From assembly GCF_009914755.1 (NCBI RefSeq), contig NC_060925.1: DNA of 64,000 nucleotides; one strand, 5' to 3'. Made by a program: the position numbers and the translations under genes. The notes beneath the pieces were generated by a model. The model was not told where the DNA came from and ran no database searches. It was given only the letters and a program-made list of their open reading frames with translations. Source of the stretch: the human T2T-CHM13v2.0 reference genome, Homo sapiens. Shown piece after piece: positions 19,940 through 33,796 of this stretch; position 1 is the stretch's first letter; each line of letters opens with the position of its first letter.

Positions 19940-20358
19940 ATGGTTTCCTATTGCTACTGTAACAAATTATCTTGTGGTTTAAAACAACACAAATCTATTC
20001 TTTCACATTTCAGGAGATCGTAAGTCCACAGTGAGTCTTACAGGATGAAAACCAAGGTGTTGAAAAGACTGACTCCTTCTGAAAGCTCCAGTGGAGAACC
20101 TGTTTCTTGCTTCTAAGGGGCACTAGCATTCCCTGGCTCATGGCAGCAACACTCTGAGCTCTGTTTTCATCATTACCTTCTGGTCTATTACCTTCCTCTT
20201 ATAAGGATCCCTGTGATCATATCAGGTTCACCTAGCTACTCCAAGATACTCTTTCCATCTCAATATCCAACTGCAAAGTCCTAAACTGCAAGGTAACACT
20301 CACAGATTCTGGGATGTAGGATGAGGACATTTTGGGGGAACATTATTCAGCCTACCAC
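19940..20358. mobile_element. MLT1-type MaLR LTR
   Basis: TTGCTACTGTAACAAATT...TTAAAACAACAC...CATTATTCAGCCTACCAC. Confidence 0.7.
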
Positions 20359-20444
20359 GCACTCCTCCTTTTCTCTCATTCTTGGATTGTTTTTTATTGT
20401 TATTTTTTAAATTGGCTCATAATGATTGTACACATTTATGGGAT

Positions 20445-21330
20445 ACAGCAAAGGAAACAACAGAGTGAAGAAAAAAACCTACAGAATGTGAGAAAATGTT
20501 TGCAACCTATGCCTTTGACAAGGGGTTAATATCCAGAATATCTGAGGAACTCAAACAACTCAGCAAAATAAAACAAATAATATTATTTAAAAGTGGGCAC
20601 AAGACCTGAACAGACATCACTCAAAAGAAGACATAGAAATGGCCAACGAATATAAAACAAAATGCTCAACATTCTTAGTCATCAGAGAAATACAAAATAA
20701 AACCAGAGAGAGATATCACCTCACCCTAGTTATCAGAGCTCTTATCAAAAAGATAAAAGATAACAAATGCTGCTGAGGATGTGGAAAATAGAGACCTCTT
20801 ATACACTGTTAGGGAATCCAAATTAATATGGCCATTATGGGAAATAGTATGGAGGTTTCTCAAAAAATTAAAAGCAGAACTACCATATGATCCAGCAATC
20901 CCACTACTGGGTATATACCCAAAAGAAAGGAAACCAGTATGATGAAAAGATATCTGCACTCTCACATTCAATGATGCACTATTCACAATAGCCAAGGTAT
21001 GGAATCAACCCAAGTGTTCACCAATGGACGAATGGATAAATAAAATGTGGTATATATACACAAGGGAATACTATTCAGCCATAAGAAAGAATGAAATCCT
21101 ATCATTTGCAGCAACATGGATGAATCTAGGGGATATTATATTATATGAAGTAAATCAGGCACAGAAAGACAAATCCTGTATGATATCAGTCATGTGCAAT
21201 CTAAAAAAGCTCATCTCATAGAAGTAGAGAGTAGAATACTGGTTACCAGAGGTTGGGGTAGGGAGAGACAATGGGAGATGGAGAGAGATTGGTTAAAGGG
21301 CACAGGGTCACAGATACATAAGAATAAATT
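20445..21330 (+). mobile_element. L1MA 3' part
   Basis: MDEWINKMWYIYTREYYSAIRKNEILSFAATWMNL ORF2 C-terminus. Confidence 0.88.
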
Positions 21331-21699
21331 CATCCTTGAATACTTAACCCTCTGCCCTACATCTGTCACTCCTACATCCATATTCATTGCTAATCCTGGG
21401 GCTAACTCTTGATTGCTTTCTTCTCACTACTAACCTTAAGAAAGGAAGTAACCAAAATCCAATACATGAGCAACTGTTCATTCCATCTCCAATATCTTTG
21501 TTAATTGTCCACTTTATCCACCCAGTCAGGGCCACCATCAAACCTCACTTGGATGTCAGCAAAAGCTCCCTGGCTGGTCTCCCCTCTCCATTATTGCTTT
21601 AATCTAGTCTCCATACTATACACAGATTTACATTTTTTGAATATATATCTAATTGTCCTTCCCTTTTTAAAAATCTTACAATGGCATGACATCTCAATT

Positions 21700-22680
21700 C
21701 ACGATAAGGAAATTGGTTCTTCACATTCCCTGTGCACTGTACACATCGCCTGCAATTGCCCTTCAACACAGAGAGCAGGCATTTCATTAGCTGACCTTCC
21801 CACACACATTCTTGCAAAGAGGAAAAGTCAAGCAGGGTGTTTGGAGGTGAGTTGCCATCATCCACCGCCTTTGTCTGGAAGGAAGCGCAGGGCCTCACAC
21901 GCGGGATCCATCGGAAGCCCAAGCATTGTCAAGCTCTGCTGCTGCACCTGGGTCAGCAAGGTGGGCTCTGCCAGCGAAACTCGTTAGAAACAATGCAAAT
22001 GGGGAGTAAACATGGCCTTGCCCATGAAGGGGAAGCTGGTCAAAAGCATTTTGTCCCGGAACCCCGCAGCCCTCCCCATGCTCTGGGCGCGGAGCACAAG
22101 GATTGGTCACTCCTCTTTGCACTGCGCTTTTCCTCTTATCAAATCTGGTTTGTAGATGTGCTTCGGGAGGATGGGGGTCTCTTCTCCGAGAAGCCGGGAG
22201 CCTGTTGGGCAGCCGGCGCCCGGTCTCCCCTTCTGCTGCGGAGGATCCCTGCTGGCGGTCGTGGTGCTGCTCGCGCTGCCGGTGGCCTGGGGTGAAACGC
22301 TGGGGGGCGTGGGGAGGCGCCCGGGCTGACGAGGCACCCAGGGCCCCGCAGAGAACTCGCGTGCCGCGCTGGGCTGCGCTGCTCTGCGCGCCCGGGTCCA
22401 AAGGCAGCGCGATGGGTGGGCTGAGCGCGCTACCTGGCAGGGCGGCGGGTCTGGGATCCTTCTGCGCACTGGAGACCCTCGCTGCCTCTAGGTAAGCGTG
22501 GAGTTCCCACGTGCAGGGGCTTAAGTCGTGACGAGCGCAGTGGAAGGCGCAGATGCTGAGCGGGTGCCGCACGAAATTCCTTGCCTTTGTGTATTCACAG
22601 CCTCGGCTGGCTATAGCCGAGCGTGGCGTCGATCCTAGCGAAACGGGACTTGGGGATCCGACAAACCTGAGTTCTGGTCC
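21700..22680 (+). promoter_or_regulatory. CR1-like promoter / CpG-rich region
   Basis: High CpG density ~22050-22680; CTCTGGGCGCGGAGCACAAGGATTGGTCAC resembles the CR1 5' end; inverted CCAAT 22102-22106; TTATCA (GATA) 22136-22141; no TATA box. Confidence 0.75.
22171..22291 (+). CDS. CR1L: CR1-type signal-peptide exon (use uncertain)
   Basis: [41 protein letters not shown], near-identical to the CR1 leader; in-frame upstream ATG 22156; donor gtgaaa lacks +5G. Confidence 0.7.
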
Positions 22681-22812
22681 TAGAAACTTAACTGTGAGGC
22701 AAGTTAGCACACCTAAGTCTGTTTGCTCTTCTGTAAAATGGGGACACTGGTATCTCTGCATTGTGGAGTTGCTGCCTCAGTGGCATAAAGCCTGTCGAGT
22801 ATCTAACACAGG
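22670..22812. mobile_element. MIR fragment
   Basis: ACTGTGAGGCAAGTTA...CTGTAAAATGGGGAC. Confidence 0.6.
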
Positions 22813-24370
22813 GCCTGTCCCCGAGTCCATTTCTATCCCCCAACCGTTACCTCTGCACTTTGCTCCCAGTGGTGTTTAGACAAGCAGTCCTAGGGATGTC
22901 CTGCATGGAACTGTCCTCGTCCCCTACCCCAAGCCACCACCGCCATCATCATGATGCACTTGATTGACAGCATACTTTAAGACAGATGCATGCCAGGCAC
23001 TTGGGGATTAGAAGAGCAAGGGAAGCCCCAGAACATGCAATGTAACCGCTGCAGGTAGAAGGGACAGTAGATATGTTTACAATTTGCATTTTAGTGATGT
23101 GTTTAGTACAAAATAAAGCCTATTATAACTACTATGGAAATTTTGAGGCCACATCTCTTCCTTTTTTTAACTTCAAGTAGGTAAACATCTTCAGTTAGAA
23201 CCCTTCTATTATTAGTTTTGGGCTCCCCAGAAGTCTTCTTGGTTGCCTAGACTCACTGGCAACATCTCACTTGAAGTGACAGTCTTGGTTGTTTTGGTCC
23301 TGTCTCTTCCTGACAACTCAGGGTTCGTCCTTCTCTGCCACTAGACGTTTTGCATTCATTATTTGAGTGTTCCTTCTTCTCTAAAAGAGTAAGGGGAAAA
23401 GAAAACCAAGTTCCCCCAAGAGTTGTTATTAATATTTGATCTTCTTAGGCACCAGAAAGTAACCTGTCTAGTGAAGAGATATGATAAAACTTACAATTTT
23501 ATTTTTAGGAGAGAAGCATGCCCAGTAAGTTAAGCAATCTGTTGTCAGTGCTTACTGAGGTTCTCACAATAACCTCCAAATGTGAAACAGCCTAAACTAA
23601 ACTACCTAGAAATTTTGTTGCTGGAGTAATTTCAATTTTAAAATGCTTATGGATGCTTCCGGTGTGCACAGTCCTTTGGAATTTAAAAGAAATATAAGAG
23701 AAAGAGCTATGCTCCCAAGGTGTATGCATATAGAAGTAGGTGGTGGAGTTTTATGAAATCTACTTTTTAGGAAGCCAGTGTTCTGGTTTTTCCAGACTCT
23801 GCTACTTACCAACTGGGGCTGTGGACCCAGCAACTTAAGTCACATCACTGACCTTCAGTGTCCACGTGTATAAAATGAGCATGACTGACATCCTGATTTC
23901 TGAGAGAGGTATTTTGAAAATCAGGTGGGGTAGTGCATGTGACAGCGTTTTGTAATCTGAAAACCCTCATGCATGTCTGAAAAACCATGACTAAGCAGTC
24001 GTGCAGGACTGCAGGATCACTGAAAAGGGAGAAATCTCAACTCCTATGATCAGGAAAGGGTGAGGGAAAAGAGTATGACTTTACTAGCACTTGAAGAGTG
24101 AATCCAGAAACAGGTTGCATAGGACAGTTTATGGGAATATTTATATATAAAAAATAACAGAGGAACTAGGATTGTTTTGTCATTAGAGGGTACTCCTACT
24201 ACCCATGAAGTGGTATGGTGCTATTTGAAAGAGAACTTAGATTAGCTGCAAATAGATATTGCAAACTTAGGGCAACTACTGAAAAAAGTGAAAAAAAGAA
24301 GTACAATTGATATGCCAGTAAGGAAGAGTGAATTGCATCATATAAAATGCTCAGTTAAAACAATAAACGG

Positions 24371-24750
<380 letters not shown>

Positions 24751-25158
24751 TTAAACCAACTATATCAACCATCATTTTGAGTGTCAATGATCTAAAGGCA
24801 CCAATTGAAACAGATCATCAGAGTCGATCAACAAACAAAACTCAACTATATATTGTGTACTCCCTATAAGACCATTTTAAATATAGACAATATATATTAA
24901 AAGTAAATGGGTAAAGATATACCATGCTAATGCTAGTCACAGAAAGCAGGAGTAGCTGTGTTAATTTCAAACACAGCAGACTTCAGACGAAGGAAAATTA
25001 TTAGGAATAAAGAGGGTCATCATATAATGATAAAGGGGCTAATTCTCCAAGAAGGCATAACAATATCTAATATGTATCCATCTGACAGAGAAACAAAATA
25101 TGTGGGGCAAAGCTGATAGAACTGCAAGGAGAAATAGATGAATGCACTATCATAGTTG

Positions 25159-25216
25159 GAGACTTCAGCACCTTTATCTTTTCTGATATCAGAAAAGATA
25201 AAGGTGCTGAAGTCTC
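25159..25216. repeat. Perfect 58-bp palindrome (29-bp arms, no spacer)
   Basis: GAGACTTCAGCACCTTTATCTTTTCTGAT|ATCAGAAAAGATAAAGGTGCTGAAGTCTC; the ORF track gives ETSAPLSFLISEKIKVLKS on both strands. Confidence 0.97.
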
Positions 25217-26329
25217 TTTATCAGAAATGGGCAGATTCAGCAGGCAGAAAATCCATAAGGACATACTTGAACTCAACAGCACCATCAATCCACTTGGATA
25301 TAATTGACATATACAGACGACTTCATCCAACAACAGCAAAAGACATTCTCTGGCTCACATTCATGGGGATAGACCACATTGTGAGCCATAAAAATAGTAT
25401 GCTAATTAAGCTTTACCAGGGAGTGTTTAACATAGGGTAGACTCTGGCGCCCTCACATGGTCCTCATGTAGGATCTGATTTGGTTTTCCCTGCTAGGTAA
25501 AGGTGCAAGATAGAAAGAAGGGTAATTCCAATTTGCTTTCTGTGCTTTGTGATGTATTCTGGTTTACATATGCTCGGATGAGTAGATGTATGATTTATAT
25601 TATCTACTGTTATCTAAAATAATCTTCACATTCGGACAGGCAACATCAAAACTGTCCTACACAGAAATACTGGGTGAAGATCACTTAATAAGACGAACTC
25701 CAGAAAACAAGAAAATGGCAGAGTTGACAATCCCTCTCACCCTCCCTGCAAAGACACATGTATACAAATTTCTTTTGTCAGAGACATTAAGAGAAACAAA
25801 TGCTGTCAATCTAATCACAACTGATCACAACTTGATGAAACCAAAAAATCTAGAAAGTATCATGAAGACAGTTGAAATACAGCTTTACATTCACTATTGT
25901 GACCAGAGGAACTCACTGTGGCTGTTTTTTGTCCCCTTAGATGTCAACTAATGATTGTGTTAAGTGATCATGATTAACAGAGCATTTAAAATGTTTATTT
26001 TATCTGTTTTACATTTCAAAAATTTATATTTAGGCATATAATTTATATATTTGTGTACATATATAATTTATTACTTTATATTTTTGAAAGTGCATGCTCT
26101 TTTTTTAAGCTGACAGACATGCCTAAGCAAAGCAAGTGCAAGTCTGTTCCTTAAAGGGTAAGTATGCAGAATGGAAAGCAGAGTGTACTTCGGGTTGACA
26201 GCTCATATTTGCACAGACATGAAAGTGATGATGTGTTAATTGTGCGTATAGCACAGAATAAATCAGCTTGCTTTGAATGGAAGATCTGAACCAGGAGTGC
26301 ATGAAATTGGGCTGAGTCATACAAGAAAA

Positions 26330-27100
26330 AACCCGAAATGAGATAACAAAATATACCCACTAGAATGGCTAAAATGGAAAAGATTGACCAAACCAAGTGT
26401 TGGCAATAAAGTGGAGAAGCTGGAATTATAATATACTGCTATTCGGCAGGTAAAATTACAACATAACTTTAGAAAATAGTTCAACCGTTTCTTAAAACCT
26501 TACACACACATCTGTCATATTACTCAGCATTTTACTCTTAGGTTTTTACCCAAGAGAAATGAAATCATATGTCCACACAAAGACTTGTACATGAATTTTC
26601 ATAACAGTTTTGTTTGTAATAGCCAACGAGTGGGAACAATCCAAATGTCCCTCAACAAGTGAATGGATAAACTAAATTAACATATATTTATACAATTGAA
26701 TATTACCCAGCAACAAAAGGAAACAATTTGTATATGTGCAGCAACCTAGATAGAACTCTAATTATGCTGTGTGAAGGCTAAAACATTTAAAAAAATCGGA
26801 GTGATTTCCTTTATATGATAGGATATAAACGAAGTGATTCGGGTTATATGAAATTTTAGAAAGTCAAATCAATCTGTAGTAAGAGAAAACAGGTCGAAGG
26901 TTGCCTAGAGAAGGAAGTGGATGTTTGGATGCATTACAGAAGGACATGAGGGAACTGTGTGGGGTGAAGGGTATGATGGAAATGTTCATTGTCTTCATTT
27001 GGTGATGGTTTCACAGGGCATATATATAAGTAATCAAATTGTACACTTTAAATACTCATCAACCATTTTATGTAATACATCTTAATAAAGCTATAAAAAC
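26330..27100 (+). mobile_element. L1ME/MD 3' fragment
   Basis: CACTAGAATGGCTAAAAT...CCAAGAGAAATGAAA..ATATGTCCACACAAAGACTTGTAC...CTTAATAAAGCT. Confidence 0.75.
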
Positions 27101-27607
27101 TTTTTAAACTTATGGTAGGTCTTGAGTTTATGGAGTTTATATTAATATATTTATCATAAGAACCAGCCACAAATTGAGGGATTGGTAATAAAGAGGGAAA
27201 GGAAACTACATCAAGCATTCTTTGTTGAAGGCTCATATGTTCCTTTTTTGGGCTACTATGCAAATTTATATTATTACCTATACTATGCATATACTACTAT
27301 AAAGGTAAGAATATTAGGTAATTAAGGGGAAGGAACTTCTTTCTTTCCAAGAATGGTTCATTATATTTGCTTTGTTGCTTTGATCTAGTTCTAACCTCTC
27401 ATTGCAAGCTTTGTTGTGACGTTTACCCTCTCTCAATACAGCTTTTGGCGCTAGGAGAGCTCCACTTGGAATCTCTTCCTTTGTCTAGCATCAATGCATA
27501 AGACACATATCAAAATTGTATTTCATCCCACATATCAACTAGAGGAAAGGTGAATGCATAACACTGAAAGTCACGGAACTGTTTTATTCGTTTTTTTTTT
27601 TTTTATA

Positions 27608-27760
27608 CAGTGGTTCTCAAAGTGCTGTTATCTATCCAAATCAGCTGTGAAACTTTTAAAAAATATAGACTCCTGGGCTCTAACCCAGACCCACTAAATC
27701 AGAGATTCTGGGGACATAGCGTGGACTCTTCATTTTTTTTTAAGTTTTATAAGTAATTCT
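27608..27760. mobile_element. MER5-like hAT DNA transposon fragment
   Basis: CAGTGGTTCTCAAAGTG...CCCAGACCCACTAAATCAGA. Confidence 0.6.
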
Positions 27761-28065
27761 TCAATTATTTGATCATTGCAACAAATATGCATTGAGTGCT
27801 TATAACTGAGTGTTAAGCACAAGGACTAGGTATTAATTTAGAAGTACAAAAAACATGTCATCATTTGCCCTCAAATTATACATATCTAATATCTTTTGAG
27901 AGAAATAGATACTTCTAAAAGCACACAAAATTAAAAAGCACAAATTGCAACCACAAACAATTATTGATATGAAAGGAAAAGGAAAGGGCCTGACTAGAAA
28001 TTATCATAGGGTGGGGCAGAGGGAAGTAGTTTAGATTCCAAATCCCTGAGAGGGTCAGGGAAGGC

Positions 28066-28108
28066 ATCAGACTAGATTGGGTGCATTCAGGGTGGTATGG
28101 CCATAGAC
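28066..28108 (-). pseudogene. 5S rRNA-derived tailless retropseudogene (5S nt 1-43)
   Basis: Reverse complement GTCTATGGCCATACCACCCTGAATGCACCCAATCTAGTCTGAT; flanked by GG[T/C]CAGGGAAGGC direct repeats. Confidence 0.9.
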
Positions 28109-29025
28109 AGGCCAGGGAAGGCTTCGATAAGAAGGTGGTATTTTAGCAAACACCTGGAGGAAGAATTGAAGTCATAGCCAAGATAAAAGTGCATCACACA
28201 AAAGGAATGTCATAGACAGGGGAAAAATGTGTGTCTTCAGGAAACTGAAAAAGGGGAAAGGGCCACCACACCTTGGTGAGGGGACCCAGTGGTAAGAGAT
28301 GAAGCAGGAAACATAGACAAGGGCATCTTTGTACAAAGCCAAAAGTTGGTTCTTTTAAGTCTAATAAAATTGACCTCTGGCCTCAATCTACCCAATTAAT
28401 TAGTGGAAGGTGTGGGAAGGAACAGAAATGAAAACAAAACAAACAAGATATTTCCAAAACTAGAGTAAGATGCTATTCTTTTTCAACAGATATATCTTCT
28501 TGATTACATACTGTTTGACTCTGTGATTTTTGTTGCTTTAAATTAAATCTACAAGGCCTTAAGGGGCCTAGCTGAGTCTACTATATAATATGAAATATCT
28601 GTGAGAAAATACGTCTTCTTTATGGTAAAGTATAGCTTTAGTTGTTGAGCTTTGTTCACTCTTTGTGCTCAAGATTGACGTGGCGACAGACTTCCAACAT
28701 TGGTGGCTGCTACTGAGGGCCAAAGAGGAGATGTGTACTCCCACTGAATCTGAGTGTCCACTGAGTGTGAAGGTGGATGGTAAAATGCATGAGTGTATCT
28801 TACACTCATACTTTACAAGAAAGTATGATAAATGAGGATGGGAGAGAAGCTACAACACAGGCACTTACTGATTAACTAAAATTTGAAGCTGTGAATTGCA
28901 GCTTCCCCTTTAGTGAAAGATGATATAAATAGCTTAGTTTTCTTCAAACTAGCAGAGACTTTTTAAATGGATGGATGCTGATTTTTTTTTTAAAAAAAGA
29001 GCCCATTTCTAAGGCATGTTTTAAA

Positions 29026-29745
<720 letters not shown>

Positions 29746-29777
29746 TGAGAGAAAGAGGAAGTAGAGTGGGAATTTCA

Positions 29778-30063
29778 GCAGGGCATGGTGGCTCACACCT
29801 GTAATCCCAGGACTTTGGGAGGCAGAGGTGGGCAGATCACCTGAGGTCAGGAGTTTGAGCCTGGCCAACACGGTGAAACCTTGTTTCTACTAAAAATTCA
29901 AAAATTAGCCGGATGTGATGGCAGGTGCCTGTAATCCCATCTACTCGGGAGGCTGAGGCAGGGAGAATTGCTTGACCCTGTGAGGCAGAGGATCGCACCA
30001 CTGCACTCCAGCCTGGGTGACAGAGGGAGACTCTGTCACAAAAAAAAAAAAAAAAAAAAAAAA
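29778..30063 (+). mobile_element. AluS with long poly(A)
   Basis: Sense Alu ending in an A-run ~50 bp before the CR1L CCP1 acceptor. Confidence 0.92.
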
Positions 30064-30114
30064 GTATGGTAATTTCTCCATTAACTTCGATGCTGCTGTG
30101 GTCTTGATCCCCAG

Positions 30115-30294
30115 ATCAATGCAATGTCCCGGAATGGCTTCCATTTGCCAGGCCTACCAACCTAACTGATGACTTTGAGTTTCCCATTGGGACATATCTG
30201 AACTATGAATGCCGCCCTGGTTATTCCGGAAGACCGTTTTCTATCATCTGCCTAAAAAATTCAGTCTGGACAAGTGCTAAGGACAAGTGCAAAC
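30115..30294 (+). CDS. CR1L: CR1L CCP1 exon
   Basis: ccag|AT CAA TGC...TGC AAA C|gtaagt, 180 bp; (D)[59 protein letters not shown]. Confidence 0.96.
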
Positions 30295-30923
30295 GTAAGT
30301 AACTCTGGAGTGGGAACCCCTCTGTTAGTCAAACATCTGTAAGATCTGATTCAATTTGTTCAAATTTTGTAACTGAGTTGCATACAACAATTAGTTTGCT
30401 AAGGTGCAATACATATGAGAATTATTCTTGTAGATCATACCTTGTTACTGCTTTGAGTTCCTGGCACCTTCATTACAAGTTTATTTCATGAGAAACCGTC
30501 ATTGCAGGACATGATTGAGGGAAAACCCCCATTCACTGGGGGTCTCCCACTTTCATGACTAAAATTAAGTAATGAATGACTTGGGACAAGAAAGAGAAGT
30601 GGATTAAATAACTAAAAGATGCGACAATCTTGGGCTTTGAGATCTTTGGATTATATCAGTTGAATTGAATTACAGATAATAACGAAGTTTACATTTTTCT
30701 GGGAGGCATAATATGGGGATGAAACAGATCTGAAAGGAAAGTTTTTTTTGAAAGGGAGCTGATCCTGAGGCAGTCTGGTGAGTTTCCTCAAGGTAGCAAA
30801 ATCTGTGGAACCATCAGAACTGCATGTGTTCCTCAGTAAGCTATAGGCAGGTTGAGACCTTATGTACTAAAAAAAAATTCAGTTTACTCTACTTGGCTTC
30901 AAATTTCTGTTTCTTTCCTGTAG

Positions 30924-31023
30924 GTAAATCATGTCGTAATCCTCCAGATCCTGTGAATGGCATGGCACATGTGATCAAAGACATCCAGTTCGGATCCCAA
31001 ATTAAATATTCTTGTCCTAAAGG
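30924..31023 (+). CDS. CR1L: CR1L CCP2a exon
   Basis: tag|GTAAATC...AAAGG|gtgagt, 100 bp; [33 protein letters not shown]. Confidence 0.96.
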
Positions 31024-31400
31024 GTGAGTTGGCATCTCTTGAACCAACATCTCTTGGTTCAAGGGTTCTAACACAGCCATACTACCTTCTAGTCACATCT
31101 CAGAAAGGACAACTAAACTATTACCATCTGCTCTTTAAAGACTTCAACACAGGTGCTTAGCTCCTGACTGAAATGGACAAAGGTATGACAAGATCAGGGG
31201 GAAAATCATCTGTATCCTTGCTGGAAACCAAGGCAGAGCATATATGAAAAGTGTGGCATTCATTGGGTGGGAAGGAAGAAAATGGGGGAAGAGTATAGTC
31301 AAAGCACACAATCAGCCTTAACACAGATTAGACATTGCTCAAAGAAAGGGAAGGCCATTGAGCAGCTGTGTGAGAGAAATCTTAATGGTCATAGCACAAA

Positions 31401-32200
31401 TAGTTTGCTAGGGCTGCTGTAACAGAGTACTCCAAAACAGGCGGCTTAATACAAACAAAGTTTTTGGAGTTCTGTTCCGGAGGCTGGAAGTACAAAATCA
31501 AGATATTGGCAGAGCCAGAGCCAGATCCATAGCCATGCTCCCTCCAAAACCTGTAGGGATGGATCCTTCTTTGCTTCTTCCAGTTTCTGAAGCCCCAGGC
31601 CTTGGCGTGTGGCAGCAGAACTCCAGTTTCTGTCTCTGTCTGTCCTCACATGGCTGTCTTCCCTCTGGGTCTCTGTCCTCCTATGCTGTTCTCTTATCTG
31701 TGCATGTCTGTGTCCAAAGTTCTTTTTTTTTTTTTTTGAGATGGAGTCTGGCTCTGTTGCCCAGGCTGGAGTGCAGTGGCGAGATCTCGGCTCACTGCAA
31801 GCTCCACCTCCCGGGTTCCTGCCATTCTCCTGCCTCAGCCTCTTGAGTAGGCTGGGACAACAGGTGCCCACCACCATTTTTTTTTTTTTTTTTTTTTTTT
31901 TGTATTTTTAGTAGAGACAGGATTTCACCATGTTAGCCAGGATGGTCTCGATCTCCTGATCTCATGATCCGCCCACCTCACGGCCTCCCAAAGTGCTGGG
32001 ATTACAGGCATGAGCCACCGCGCCCAGCCCAAAATTCTCTCTTTCAATAAGGACACCAGTCATATTGGATTGCGGCCCACACTAACAACTTCATCTTAAC
32101 TTGATTGCCTCTGCAAAGACCGTATTTCCAAATAAGGTCACATTAATAGGAACTGGGGATTAAGACATCCATATATTTCAGGGGTGAGGGGAACATAATT
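31401..32200. mobile_element. MLT1 LTR (copy 1) split by an Alu
   Basis: TAGTTTGCTAGGGCTGCTGTAAC...GGACACCAGTCATATTGGATT...CCAAATAAGGTCACA. Confidence 0.8.
31723..32030 (-). mobile_element. AluY/Sc-like with expanded central T-run
   Basis: Antisense Alu; 25-T run at 31877-31901 in the dimer linker. Confidence 0.92.
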
Positions 32201-33000
32201 CTCATGCATTGCTGGTAGGAATGCAAAATGGCACCATGACTTTGAAAGACATTTTGGCAGTTTTGTATAAAAATAAACATACTCTTAACATATTATCCAG
32301 CAGTTATCCTCCTTGGTATTTATCTAAAGGAATTGAAATCTCAGGTTCACACACAAAAAAATCTGCACACAGATGTTTATAACAGCTTTATTCATAATTG
32401 CCAAAACTTGGAAGCAATCAAGATGTCCTTTAGCAAGGGAATGGATAAACTGTGGTACATGCATACAATAGAATATTATTCAATACCAAAAAGAAATGAG
32501 CTATCAAGCCATGAAGAGACATAGAGGAACCTTAAATAATGAATCTTCTTTCACTATTACTAAGTGAAAGAAGCCAATCTGAAAAGCCTATATAGTATAT
32601 GATTCCAACTATACACCATTCTGGAAAAGGCAAAACTATAGAGATGTAAAAAGATCAGCAGTTGCCAGGGGTTAGGGAAGAAGGGGATGAATAGGCAGAG
32701 CACAGAGGATTTTGAGGGTAGTGAAACTACTCTGTATGATGCCATAACAGTAGGTACATGTCATAATAAATTTATCCAAAGTCATATGATGTACAATACC
32801 AAGAGTGGACCCTAAGATAAACTATGGACTTGGGGTGACCATGATGTGTCAGCGTAGGTTCATCAGTTGCAAAAAATATTTACCACCCTGGTGAAAGATG
32901 TTTATAATAGGGGAGGCTATCCATGTATAGGGGCAGGGAGTATATAGGAAATCTCTGTATCTTCTGTTCATTATTGCTGTGAACCAAAAACTTGTGCTAA
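32200..33000 (+). mobile_element. L1MB/MC 3' fragment
   Basis: CATTGCTGGTAGGAATGCAAAATGG...GAAAGAAGCCAATCTGAAAAG...GGAAATCTCTGTA. Confidence 0.8.
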
Positions 33001-33332
33001 AACACAAAGTCTATTTTTTTTTAAACTACATAAAAGTAAATACACAGGCACATGTGCATAAACAGACACGCACACAGTCGAGTACAGGTAAAACAGGAAA
33101 TTTGAACAAAACTGGTGGATCATACCTGTCTCAATATCTTGAGTTTGATGTTGCACTATTGTTTTGCAAAATGTTATTATTAGGGGAAAATTGAGTAAAG
33201 TGTACCTGGGATCTTTCTGTGCTATTCCCTACAACTGCATGGGAATCTGATTATCTCAAAATAAAATTTTTTTTTTTTTAAGTTACTACTAAATTTCCAA
33301 GGGGATGGGCTTCCTACCAAAGAATTGTATAT

Positions 33333-33796
33333 TGTGAAATTAAATCATTCGAACTTAAAACAATTCAAACTTATAGCTGGGAGAACTTTAAATTATTCTG
33401 AGCCATGAGAAGACTGTGGCTATGCAGCCTGAGTCATGCAGCAGGCAGCTGTAACTTCTGCCTTTTTATCCTGTGAATAGTTAAAACCAAATGGCGCCAG
33501 AGATAAGACCCACTCAGATCACTACGCCTTTTCAGGGAGCAATAATCTTCCTTGGAATGTAGCAATATGTAACCAATCAAAGTGATGTAACTATGCATGG
33601 TCCCATATGGAAAATATAATCCTGCTAAAATTTCTCTGTCTCTGCCTATGTAAGTGATACCTTACGTCCTCCACTTTGGAATGCTGACCCCATTCATTTG
33701 GAGTTGGTGTCTTCCAGGTGGCTACCCTTAAGCTTTGTGCTCAAATAAACTCTATCCTTAAATATATTTTCTGAATCTCATTATTTAAGGTTAACA
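33333..33796 (+). mobile_element. ERV1-type solo LTR
   Basis: TG...CA termini, AACCAATC, CTCAAATAAACTCT poly(A) signal, ends ATTATTTAAGGTTAACA. Confidence 0.65.

Noticed and set aside
21895-22761. 288-aa minus-strand ORF and other long ORFs over the CpG-rich region
   Set aside because: Expected in GC-rich, stop-poor sequence; begins in a MIR, low-complexity, no domain recognised.
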